Assembly (NCBI RefSeq): GCF_000181795.1
Contig: NW_003526945.1
Span: 659,492 to 703,625, forward strand
Source: Trichinella spiralis
Taxonomy: Eukaryota
Reading direction: 5' to 3'
DNA: 44,134 bases
Of the stretch, positions 1 through 36,318 are shown in pieces. Position numbers and translations under genes: made by a program. Numbering within the stretch: position 1 is the stretch's first letter; every line of letters begins with the position of its first letter. A model generated the notes under the pieces. It was not told the origin of the DNA and searched no databases. It saw only the letters and a list, made by a program, of their open reading frames with translations.

Positions 1-16
1 ACGGTGGTTTTGCTTT

Positions 17-219
<203 letters not shown>

Positions 220-247
220 TAGCAGTAGTGATATATACACATATATG

Positions 248-279
<32 letters not shown>

Positions 280-692
280 AAAAGCCTTATCCATGTAGAG
301 AAAGAGTAACGCTTGATCTGGATTTGCATCTCAGGAATTCATGGCGCGCAGTTTTTGAAAATCAACACAACACCGGACGGTTCTTGTAAAATTTTTCAGA
401 CGCTGTTTCACTTGAAGATGTGAATTTTTGAACACATCCTGAAGCGATGAACAATAAACACAGGGAAAAGAATTGTTCAATTAAAATTTTTCAATAGATT
501 GCAAAATTAACCACTGATGATTCTGAGCGGTAAAATTTGAAATTTTTCATGCGAACAACCAGACTGCTCGACAATTGGATTGGATTGGAATTGGTTGTTG
601 TTTTTTTGTTCTGTTTTCTGATCAATTATTTTTTTTCGAATTACAAAATTCAAGCAAAAAGTGGAAATCAATTTCACAATAAGCATGCTTAA

Positions 693-875
<183 letters not shown>

Positions 876-1082
876 TAAAACTTTTGTACGGGTGGGGAAC
901 AACAAAAAAAAGCAAATAAGAATAGAAAATTTTTTCTCACATCCTCTGGGCGTTTATTCAAATTTTTCATTTGCTCGACCAATCGATTTATGAATTATTA
1001 TTATTATTATTATTATTATTGCACAACAATATTGGCAGAAAACCAAAAGAGAGGAATAAATCAAACATGAGAACCAAAATGA

Positions 1083-1238
<156 letters not shown>

Positions 1239-3147
1239 TGATGATGCATATTTTCAATTATTATAAATGAATTTTCTTGTTTCTTCTGCATTATTTTGAT
1301 TAAATAGCAACCGACGCACACATTTTGAAAATGTGCAATCACTCAGCAGTGTAGTTTTTTTCTATTTGCTGACTGACTGACTGACTGCTTTGAAGATAAA
1401 GCATCTTTCTCAAAGCTTCAATTTTTGAGCCCCTCTCTTCTGTGTGTGTGGAAATAATTTTTTCTTTGTTTCTGTTTATTCCTGCGAATTGCACTTTCAC
1501 TTTCCAATCTGCTTACAACAACAACAACAACAACAACTGCTCACCCACTTGCTTACTTGTTCAATAATTATTCATAAAACCGATCGATTAATTTGGTGGA
1601 GGAAAAAATACCTTTCCTATCTGCTTGCTTTCTGTTTTCTTTTGCTTGATGACGTTTCTCACTTCAACGCAATTAATAAGCACACCTTTACGAGATTTCA
1701 TCGTGATAATCTTCTCGATCAATGATAAATGGGAAGAAGTTTCAGTGTTTTTGAAGCGAATGGCAATTTCCACAATTCTACTAATTTACTACGTTTCGTA
1801 TTTCTAATTTTTTAATGCTATTTTCAATTTTCTCTCTCACACAAGGGATATTCTTTTTTTTGGTTAAATTTTGTTTCATATAAACATATATATGAATAAT
1901 AATGAGTGTTGTTGTGCAGTTGATGATGACATCTGCATTTTCATTGTGCTTATTTTTGAAAATTTGAAAAGTGTGCTTTGGATTTTTCCATTTGACAAAT
2001 CGAATCAGACTTCGTCAGCTGCATGGAATGCAAGCGCATCAATTGGGGGGAAATATTCATTCAGCTACACACACACACACACCCCTTGAAGCAAGTGAAA
2101 CAAAGGGGAGGAGACAGAGGTTGGCCAAAATTGATTGAGGCGGGATTTTTCAGACAAGCCAATATTCAAATTGCGCAACTGCATTTTGACCATCATTGTT
2201 GCCTGTAACCTTTGCGACTTTTGTAATTGCTTTTTCTTTTTTTCTCATCCGAAGGTCATCATTGCATTATTGTACAATTGCATTTCATTCTTCATTTTCA
2301 AACTGACAAACACGCATTCGTCAACTTTTAAGGACAAAGAAATGAACGATAGCAATAATAATATATTCACATAATTTATTTTATTTTTAAAAAAAATTGA
2401 AAAGTCAATACTTGATGACATTCAATTTTATACAATGGAAAATATATTAGCAATAAAATTCAACAATTACTGCTACTACTGCTGCCATTCAACTGCATAT
2501 ACCATGTAGAACTTTTCAAAGGTTATTCAAATGTTATTGTGAACGTCATGTTCTACCTGCAATTTTTTCACACATATTCATACAAAAATGATGCGATGTA
2601 CATTCACAGATGTTGTTCTATTTGTTTGTTTTGGTGTTTTTTTTATCAAAGTTATTCGAATTCATTTTTTCTGATTCAGGAGGAATTTCCACCATATTGG
2701 ATTTTCAATTCTTCTTCATTCGGAATATTAATTCCCATCAAAAATAACCAATCGATTGATAAGCAAATATTTTTGTTTTGTATCGTTTTTTTTGAAATTT
2801 TTATTCCATCACCAGTCAACATGCTCATTATGAAAATGCAAGTGAAAAGCAAAAATGTCCACATTGCATTATTGTGTTCGCAACAGGGTGCTCGCATGGT
2901 TGCTTTGGTTGGCTTGACGATGATCATTCGGAAACTGGAATGCTATCCTAATATATGCATGTCCGTGTGTCGTTTCTTAATCAAATGACAGTTTCAAAAG
3001 CCGGTCAAAAGAAACCAATAATACTTACTATACAAGAGAAGATAATGTTTTTTTATAAATAAAAAAATTACAATTCATCTCATATTTCATTTTTCCATTT
3101 TAACGTGTGAGGTTGAGAGGGGTTTTCTTTTGGCGAAAAATTTGTAA

Positions 3148-3285
<138 letters not shown>

Positions 3286-3626
3286 TAAACATCGTTGAGA
3301 TGCAATCCAGTCGTCGCAAGAGATCACTTCCTTTGCTCGTACAGTTTAACACTGCTAGCACTTTTCCACTATTTAGCCTGGTGGCAAACGACAAGTATTC
3401 GCATGGAGAAAAAAATATAATAGCAGTGGTCATTTTGCAAAACTGTTTACCCCTCATATTGCACAGTTTTTCCCTTTCTCTTCGTCAATCAATGCCAACT
3501 CTAACGCCAGTGTATTTCAATTCAAATTTTCCATCAAACGACCCTTCTGTATTCTCTTTTTGATTATTCTATAAAATTTATAAAACTGTTTTTCTGATAT
3601 CTATTTTATTTATGTTATTTATTTGA

Positions 3627-26328
<22,702 letters not shown>

Positions 26329-26505
26329 ATTTGTAAATTTTATAAAATAACAAATCAACAAGCAAAACAACGTTCAACAATACCAATCTTTCACTCCACG
26401 CACAGTTTTTTTCTATTTCTTTTTTTCCAATTGCCAAGACTTTGCAATTCCCATTTCTATGTATATTTTATTATTATTATTATTATTATTATTAATTTGC
26501 ACTGA

Positions 26506-26676
<171 letters not shown>

Positions 26677-26686
26677 NNNNNNNNNN
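26677..26686. other. Assembly gap (10 N)
   Basis: Run of n. Confidence 1.
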
Positions 26687-27420
26687 ATCGTCTCTATATG
26701 CACTGCATCTGAAATGAAAGATCACTAGACGTATAATGATGCAAGTGACGACACGAGAGTAGCAGAGTCCATTTGGACATGCCGACAAGTTTGCCAACCG
26801 CCAAGGCATCTCTTCTAACATTGGTATGTAATGTGTGATGTTTAATATAATAATGATGAATTTTTTTCTCCTCGGTTTCTTCCTCTAATAATAATAATGG
26901 CAATGGTAAGGCTGCGGTGGTTTCATTATTTTATATTTTCTCCAATAATAAATTTCAGGTGCACATCCGGTAAGGATGCGCATGGGAATGATGGTAAATT
27001 GTTCAGTGGAGCCACGAAGAAACGTTTGCTTTGATCCAGCACCCAGGCGGACCACGGATCATGATGAAGCACCATCTTGGGCGGGGAAGCTTCTTTGGAG
27101 AGAAAATACAAAGATGTTTAAATTTGTAAATTTTATAAAATAACAAATCCCCCAACCCAAACCCCGTTCAAAAAATCCAATTTTTCCCCCCCCCCCCCAA
27201 GTCTCCAAAACCCCTCTTCCCCATTCCCAGAGGTTTCCCATACTCCACTTTAAGGGGAATTTTTTATTATTATTATTATTATTATTAAAAAGCCCCGATT
27301 TTGTAGAATATTTTTTCACAAAGACCGCCGCGCCCCCCCAATTGATGATTTGTGCACATGATGTTGTTGCGGCATCATCCACCAATTATGTTGAGTTTCT
27401 TCTTTCTCCTCGATTACTAT

Positions 27421-27470
<50 letters not shown>
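26687..27470 (+). other. Error-ridden second copy of the lrp-1 3' end (~25901-26676); probable assembly/low-quality-read artefact
   Basis: It starts immediately after a 10-N gap with ATCGTCTCTATATGCA (= 25901). It follows the last two lrp-1 exons and the 3' UTR collinearly, with many single-base indels and homopolymer expansions, and ends in the same (TAC)n tract. Confidence 0.85.
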
Positions 27471-27493
<23 letters not shown>

Positions 27494-27634
27494 ACTTCTG
27501 CATCTTTTTTATTTGTTTTATTCTTTTTTCCTTTTTCTCATCACTCATTGTTGTCAAAATTATAATAATGCAGAACAACACGTACAGCAGCCGCCAAGAA
27601 GCTACACTTTGGACTATTTGTATTTTTTTGGTAA

Positions 27635-27727
<93 letters not shown>

Positions 27728-28921
27728 TAAATGACTGAAAAAGCAGAACTTGTTGTGCTTGGAAAATTCGAACAAAAACATACACATACGTATTGCACGC
27801 AACAACTGGACAATAAAGCGCAGCCGCTAAAGAATAAAAATTATGCACTCTCTCTCGCCCCCTCTATGAACGACACGTCAACCGACCAATTGCGCACAGC
27901 GGAATGCTTGTGCACTTAACCAACAATGAAAATACGTCAGTCGCAAAATGTTTTTTTGAATGATTTATTATAAGAATGATAACAAAGTAAGATTTATTGA
28001 AAGTGAAACAATTCTTTTCCTTCTTCAACTTTGCTGTTTTTCAAAATAACGTTTTTTCTAGAGACACACAAAAAATAACAATAGATGCTTGCTTCATTTA
28101 AATAATGCAAAATTACTTACTACTTACTCTCTTACATAAGTTATTGATTAATTCAGACATATTTATTTAATGTTCATTAATCCACCATTTAATCTACTTA
28201 TATATATATATATATATACATAAAGACGCACTATTATTACCTACTACCCTTCAAACATCGTAAACTCTCTCCAATAAACATTTCTAAAAAAGAAATGAGA
28301 AAAAAAAGAAAAAGAATTCAACAGTACAATAAAAAATAATGTGTTTTGAAGTATAAAATTAAACGCGCAGCAAGCACTGTTGAACAAAAGAATTTGAAAA
28401 GACTAAAATTTTCATTCTCTCCAATATTTCGTCTATTTAATTGACAGTAAAAACAAATTGCACATAAAAAAGTAAAAAATAATGATTTTAAAACAATTTA
28501 TCAGTAAAGTTTTGGTACTTTTGCAGCTTTTCAAACTAATCCAACAATGATAAGGTAATTCAAGAATCACCATTTGCATTAGTACGTGATAATCCTTTTA
28601 AGCTACAGTATTCCAGAAATAGTTTTTTATATTACTATGCTGTCGTGTCGTGCACTGGCAATGGCAGTGCTTTCGCAATAGTCCAAAATGGCATTTTGCT
28701 TTCTCCACGTTTATTGGAAAATACATTTTCAATTAATAGGTATGAATTTAAAAAAATTTTATTCTTAGTATTCATTCAATATTTCCCTAAGGAAATATAA
28801 TTGTATTTGGAAATTTCTCAGCCTGTCGTCGTGTTATATATATAAATTTGTAGTTTTACATTCAACTGAAACCTTTCGAAAATTGAATTGAAAATTGTTC
28901 AACGGTGGATCAGTCTCCATA

Positions 28922-31900
28922 ATGGCAATGGCTCTGCCGTCGTTGTACGAGGTGTGCCTTTTTAATTTCATCATAAATTTCACTATGAGTAACACTCTAG
29001 ATGGCCATTTTCAGATTGCCGGTTCACATTTGAGAGTTTATGAAGAATTTTTCAGCGAAGTGAGTTTGAAAATTATTACTATTTTTATTGATCAGTGATG
29101 TGGAATTAACTTTTTTCAAAAATGCTCATTAGGCGACAAACGGTCAGCATGGTTTGTTAAAAGCCGAAGAGGCGGCGGCATTTTTGCGTCGTTCAAATCT
29201 TGACAACGCCACTCTTGGACAAGTACGCTATTTAAGTGTAATTTATTTTCTCAACAGTGATCAACGTCAGAATTAATTGACTTTTAATCGAAGTAGACCA
29301 AACACTGCACGCAATGCTGTTGTATTTTACAATCTCTACTGGTGTTGTTGTGATTGGGATCGCTTTCTTTTATTTAATTTGAACTGATTTTGAACATTCC
29401 TCGAGGAAATTGGTTTCTGTTTTCTTATTTCACTAATCAATGTGTAGCAGCAGCAATCAAGCCCAAGTACAGTGTAATTACCATTTAGAGGAGATCTGCT
29501 CGAACAGATTCGATGAGTTACTTCTTCGAAGCGAGCGTGATGTTTTAATTTTTGCCAAAAATCTTGCACGCGTCTGTTTGATTGCCATTTTGCTTTCTAA
29601 CGCTTCCCAACGTAGCCGTTTTTTTTTATTTTTTTGATTTTCCTGATGCGTTGTCGATTTTTGATTCTTTTGCAAATTGTTCTTGCTCCTTGCATTGCGG
29701 TCCGCATTGTTGGTTAGTCGATTTCTTTCTCCCCCCCCCCCCCCCCCTATTTCATTGCATCTGTGATGCGCAAAAATCGAACAGATTCGATCAAAAATTG
29801 ATCACATCTTTGGCGTTGGGTGGTTTTTAAAAGTCGGAAATTTCCTTTCGATTTTGCCTATAACACACACAAACAACGCATCCCATATTTTCACAGGAGC
29901 ATTATTATCATTGTTATTTATTTGCCTACTCACTGCTGGCGTAATTGCGCATACCTTTGAGAATTATATATATATATATATATATAATGTATTTTTTCTT
30001 TTCTTTTTTCTGTTTGTTTGGTTTAATTGATTGATTGATTGATTGTTTGTTTGACCAACGGTCTCAACAGCAGAATGCTAATTAATAATTTTTCCTTTCA
30101 TTTCCCGTTCAGTGAGTCTAATGTTCGGCTTGTTTGGCTTTCAGCAGTGATTAATTTCATTTTCAATCATTGTTTGATTGAAAATTGAATCAATTGCAAA
30201 ACTGGTTGACCAGTTTCAGTTTGATTTTGAAATTTTTGCCGGCCACTGTGAAGATGCTCAATATTTTAAATAGTTCCATATACGTTAATTATTGGCTTTA
30301 ACAAATGTTGCCGCACCTGTGTTTCTAGAACTCGCTCTGCTCGTTTGTCATACTCGATTTAATTTCGCTTGTTTTGTTTGCTTTTCTGATCATTTCTATT
30401 CAACCGAAATATTCTGTTCAATTTTCAACCGTTCAATTTGTTCAGTTGTTGTTCAACGTTGCTCATTTTCAGCTTGAATTTCAGTATACTTTTTTTCATT
30501 TTTTTAAATGGACTTATTAATTGTTACTGATTTCTCTTGTTTTAATCTTGAAATTGGTTTTCATTGTTTCATCTATTTTCAACAACAATTAGACTGACAT
30601 ATCAGAATATTCGCATTCTGATGTCAAAATCAGAAAAGAATTTTTCATGCCAGTCAATGAACTTAGTTCTCATTTACTTTACAGTAGCCAGTTTTTATGA
30701 CAGTATGTGTTTTGAATTGCCGCTCATTATTTTTCTGATGCTTTAAGCACTTTTAATTGTGAATTTTCTTTTTACTTTTCTTTAAACAACAGTAGTTGTT
30801 TTTTGAATTTTTTTTGTTTAAAATTATTATCATGAAATTTTCACATTCATTCTTGCTCGTGTGAAAGTGTTACGATGGAAGAGAGAATTTTCAAATTAGT
30901 ATTGCATCACGATGACATGTCAAATTTATTTATCAATTTCTGATACAATAACGATAAAAATTCCAGAAGTTGGTATAGAAAAGTTTCGAATTGTTGTTTC
31001 CTTGTACTTTTTTTAATATGTTTTTTTTCTTTTATGCAATATTATTGCACGAATTTCAATTAGTGTTCTTTGATCAGTTAATTGATTGGTTTCAGTTTGG
31101 TCTGAGCAGCGAGCGAATATTGATTTCGTTTTTAAATTTGGATTATTTATAATAGTGCAGGTCGCTTTGTTCATCCATTCAGTCAGTCAGTAGTCAATTT
31201 AGCTGAATATTGATAATCGATTGCCGACGAGATCGGAGTGATTGATTCCTCTTTTAAACTCTGCCTTGCTTTTGAGAACCGACTGACTGTTCCAGTGAAC
31301 TTGGCAATGTTTATGCTCGTATTTGTCTGCTGACTTGGGCATTTATTTTGAAATTTCTAGATCAAATTTTCATTTTCAACTTTTTGTTGGTTTGGACATA
31401 TTTCTCAATTTAAACTTTGAATAAAATTGAAATCCACGCCTCAAGTTGCCAACGTTGCTCTTTGGTGCGTGGCAAATTAACCGATTGGCAGATGTTGATT
31501 TTTTTTCAACCATAGGAAGCAGTTAACTATTCTATTATTATTCCAGTATGATGTAATTATATTTTTAACCAAATTGGCTTTTATTACTGTATGATTTATT
31601 CCTCTTTTGCTTCTTGTCAATGCACGAATGTTTTTTTGTTGTTTTTCATTTTATGCAGGTCTGGAACGTGGCTGATATTTCTCGTCGTGGTTTGTTGGAC
31701 AAGCAAGGATTTTTTATTGCATTGAAATTGATTGCTTTGGTTCAGCAAGGCCAACAGCCTGTTCAAGAAAATTTGGCGGTTGATGTGGATCCACCAATGT
31801 TTGTAAGTTTTTCTTTTGTTTTTCACTTGTAGTTTTACTTTGATTATCTTTCTACCTATTATGCATGCATGCTTGCATATACATATACATACACATACAC

Positions 31901-34900
31901 ATGCACATACGGATATGTGTGTATTTGTTTAGTTTGGCAGCGGTTTTACTCCTGTTCCATTTGCTGACAATGAAACCGAATGGTGTATTCAAGTATTCAT
32001 GTTTTCACTTATATATATATATAAAGGTTTATTATGGACTAATTGTTCGGTTTGCTTTTTATAGCCTGATGACAGGAAAAAATATGAAGATATTTTCTAC
32101 AGTTTAATGCCAGTAAATGGGAAACTGTCGGGTGAACAAGTGAAACCTGTTTTATTTAACTCAGGCTTATCAAAAAATTTGCTAAGGAAGGTATATTAAA
32201 TTAATTATTGTTTTTTTTGTAAAATTTAGTTTGTTTCTCTTTTTTGCGCAGATTTGGGATTTGAGTGACATCGATAAGGATGGTCATTTGGATAAACACG
32301 AAATGACACTGGTAAGATATATAAAGCCATATTATTTGTTAAATAATAATTTGTTTTTTTAATGTTGAGGGTTATTTTCAAATTTTATTTCAGGCTTTAC
32401 ATTTGGTATATCGAGCTTTGGAAAATGATCCTGTTCCTGATGTACTTCCTCTGAGCATGATACCACCAGCAAAAAGGGAACAATATAAACCTTTGTCAAC
32501 GGCGGCGATTTCACGATCGGTAATTAGTGTTAATATTTTTATTCTTTGAAACTTTTCTATTCATTCCATTAATTCCATAATTCCAAGTAAATAGTTTAAT
32601 TATATTATTTATGTTTTTCTTTTTATAAATTTTCTTCTACATGTGCAATAATATGAGCGCAATGAGTAAAATGCAATTGCATCAAATGCAAAGAATTTGA
32701 TAATTTATTTATTTACCATGCCTGTAATTGCCTGGAGTTTCAATCATGTTCACTTCTGTGGATGATTAGCATAAAATTGTATTGCGTGGAATTGGTTTTT
32801 TTTTAATATTAATGTGCAGTTGATTGGAAAAACGTATAGTGTATTCAAAGGATAAACAGATCACAGATTGATAAAAAGTGTTCATTTTTATGTTCAGCAT
32901 TTCTCTTCAACTTCGTTGGACTGTCCGCCCAGAAGTCGGGCAAGCAGTGTTACATCTTTAGAACGATATTCTTCTCTGGAGCACACAGCACCCAAGCATC
33001 CTTTCGTCAGCAGAAGTTTGAGTGGAGTATGTGATCCTTCAGAAAAGTGTTGTTCTCCTTACTCTTTGGATATGATGATCCTTTGTAATAGTGATTGTTC
33101 ATTTTTTTGCTTTGTAGACGCCTGTGCCAGTGATGTTGCCGTGCTCACGTACGGCATGGCCAGTGGATGTTGGCGCGTGGCAGTTGGAATTTCGCAATTT
33201 GGACACAAACGACGATGGTCTGATTTCTGGTGCTGAAGCGAAACCGTATTTTCTTCAGACCGGCGTGGCGCAGAATCTGCTAGCCCATATCTGGTAAGCA
33301 GCGCATTTCTGTGGTTGATGTTCAGTTGTGAAGTGGATGCTCTGAAGGAATTTGTGCGACACGGACGGAGTGGGCATGTTGAACTTGGAACAGTTCGCGC
33401 TGGCGATGCACCTGATTGAGCAGAAGAAAAAGCACAACCTCGAGCCGCCGATGTTGCTGACTCCAGATCTCATACCGCCATCCTGTCGTCCGCCCCAGCG
33501 TGGTGTCAGTATGGTCGACGTCGACACCAGTACCGATACTCCACCGCCGGTCGGTTTGGATCTGGCCAATTCACCGTTTCGCCAAGAAATGGATCAAATT
33601 AGCAAAGAAATCAACAACATGCAAATGTAGTAGTAGTAGTAGTAGTAGTAGTAGTCATTAATGGATATATACATTATTATTGCTTTTCTTTTCAGCGAAA
33701 AGCGTGAATTGGAAGCGGAAATTGTTCAAGCTGAGGCAGATATGAAAGTGAAACAGGCGGAAATTCGTAACTTAGAAGTCGAATACAACACCTTGGAGGC
33801 GACAATCAATCAAATGGAACGACAAAAGCTCGAAGCTCAAAAACGCCTTGATGAGCTTGACGTTCAAGTAATGAAAATAATTTCATTCGTGCTATAATTA
33901 TAATTTATCTTTTGGTTATTTTTTTTCTTCTCAAGAAAGAAACATTGGAAGATATGGTTTCGAAATTGAAAGTAAAATTGGAGCAAGAAGAAGCGGATAT
34001 GTTGACCCTTGACACGGATGTGGAACGTAATTCAGAATTTATTCGAGTGTGTTTGTTGATTTATTTGTTGTTGATGTTGCTGTTTTAAAAATAATATATA
34101 TATCTGTATTTTCACAGGTTCGACAAGAAGAGTTGAATTCCAAACGTGCCCAGTTGCAACAGTTGCGCAACGAGGAGAAGGTTCTTGAACAACAGTTGGA
34201 ACAGCAGATGTCCGAAATTAGGCAAGCATCTCAACAAGAAAAAGGGTTGGAATTCAAAATTGAAATGGTTTCTCATTGGTTTTATCATTTTTATTGGTTA
34301 TTTTTTTTCAAATAATTTTCAAATTTTGTTTGCAGATGCAAAATACAGTGGACCAGTTGAAAACCCAACATGTGACGTTGAACGAACAGTTGGCCCATTG
34401 TAATGGTGATGTAAAATTGACCGATTTGAATCGTTTAACTGATAAATTGACATTACCGCCGATTGAAAGCATCACATTGGTGGTATGTTGAATTTCAATT
34501 ATTTATTTTATTTTCAGTTACGTAAATGAGTGAGTCAATATACCTGTGCTATGCATGTGTATATTATATACTGTATAATGTAGGATGATAGCAAAGTACA
34601 ACATTCGAATCAAAGCAACGAAGACGAGCAGAAGTTGACTTTTATAGACAATCCATTTTTGCGCAGTGAGTTGTGATTTATTTCACTTATTGTTTTTGTC
34701 ACTTTACAGCCACTGTTTCTCGTGCAGGTGATCCGTTTGCTCAGATTGAGGTTCAGTCACAAATTCCATTTACTTGTGAGGATCCGTTTGCTACAGTTGA
34801 TCCTTTTGCTGATGCTTCTTCGTTTGACGTGAGCAACAAAGATGTTTTCACGTCGGCTACAGCGGGAGATTTTGTCAGCGATCCTTTTAGCACTTCATCC

Positions 34901-35274
34901 TCCACAAATGCACCATTTGATCCTTTCAAGCCTCTTGACGGAACCAAGGAAACTTTCAACACACAAGCAGTAATATGATATATATATATAATTCATTTAT
35001 TTATTTACTACTGCTTGCATGTTGGTTTTGTTTTCATTAACTTTAGAGCAGCAATCTGAATTTTGATGATCCGTGGGCAACTGTGCCTTCTGATTCAATT
35101 AACAACGGTCAGTTGAAAAAACGACCACCTCCGAGGCCAGCGTTGCCGAAAAATCGTCCAATTACCCCAAAATTTGAAGACACTTCGTTTGACCCTTTCA
35201 GTCCTCGCCAAGCATCTAACACAGATTCAGCGTCATCATTTGCTAATTTTGCTGATTTTTCTAAATTTGCCTAA
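28922..35274 (+). CDS. ehs-1: Eps15/EHS-1 (epidermal growth factor receptor substrate 15-like) endocytic scaffold. Exons: 28922-28951, 29015-29059, 29133-29222, 31659-31802, 31933-31992, 32065-32190, 32252-32311, 32394-32519, 32898-33026, 33118-33293, 33348-33626, 33696-33867, 33936-34046, 34118-34267, 34336-34482, 34584-34665, 34710-34969, 35047-35274
   Basis: Three EH domains: [96 protein letters not shown]. These are followed by a coiled coil (33696-34482), multiple DPF motifs, a proline-rich PPPRPALP motif and a C-terminal FANFADF. The frame is continuous across GT-AG introns. Confidence 0.93.
33627..33655. repeat. (GTA)n microsatellite at the 5' end of an eps15 intron
   Basis: GTAGTAGTA... 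begins exactly at the inferred donor. Confidence 0.9.
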
Positions 35275-35296
35275 ACACGCGCAGTAACAGTCTAAT

Positions 35297-35320
35297 AACA
35301 ACAACAACAACAACAACAAC

Positions 35321-35366
<46 letters not shown>
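35297..35366. repeat. Compound (AAC)n(AAT)n microsatellite in the eps15 3' UTR / eps15-piga spacer
   Basis: Direct reading. Confidence 0.95.
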
Positions 35367-35722
35367 TGACATTTGGTCTTCGTCAGTTTATTACGTTTGT
35401 ATATTTTTCTTCTTTTACTTACATGTTTAAATTGACTACACCAATGATTGTTTCCCGTGATATCTGCATTAGTGCTGTTACTGCCTTTATATTATTTTTA
35501 TTTATATTCTGTGCACCTATGTTGGCTCAATTTTGTCTTGGTTAAGTTGTCACTTGTGAGAGAGAATGATGAACGAGTAAAAAGAAATTAATTATATGTG
35601 TGCAATTTTATTTCAGCAATTTGTAAAATCAGTTATATAATACATTTCAAATATTTCACAATTGCAATTTATTTTACTTTTTTTTCATACATCTCATTGC
35701 ACAGTATTATATACTATCTGGA

Positions 35723-36276
35723 ATGACAGAACGGAAAATTTCAGCTGTACCAAGTCATAGGAAAAAGAACTTCTACAGAATATGGTGAGCTTTATTATTT
35801 TTCTAGTATAGTGAAATAAAAGAATTTTATTAATTTTTTTTCCTTCTTTTTTTGTTTGAATCAATAGTATGGTTTCGGATTATTTTTGTCCAAATACAGG
35901 CGGCGTAGAAAGTCACATTTATCATCTTGCCGAATGTTTGGTTCAACGAGGACACCAGATTGTAATTGTCACTCATCATTACGAAGGTCGACGTGGTATT
36001 CGCTATTTAAGCAACGGTTTGAAAGTGAATTTTTATTTTAATCGTATAATTTTATTTTGTTTTATTATTTTTTTGCAAACATTTTTGCTACTCTGTTTTT
36101 TTTTGATATTTTACAGATTTATTATTTGCCATTTGTTATCTTATTCAACCAATGTGTTATACCGTCGTTGTTGTCCACTTTGCCAGCGGCTAGATACATA
36201 TTACAACATGAGAAGATTGAAATTTTGCACAGTCATTCGGTAAATTCCATTCTTTTTATAAAACAATCAAGTTTAA

Positions 36277-36318
<42 letters not shown>

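Noticed and set aside
28634..28683. Hairpin GCACTG-GCAATGG-CAGTGC containing TGGCAGTG (miR-34-like seed)
   Set aside because: The stem is too short and the rest does not match miR-34.
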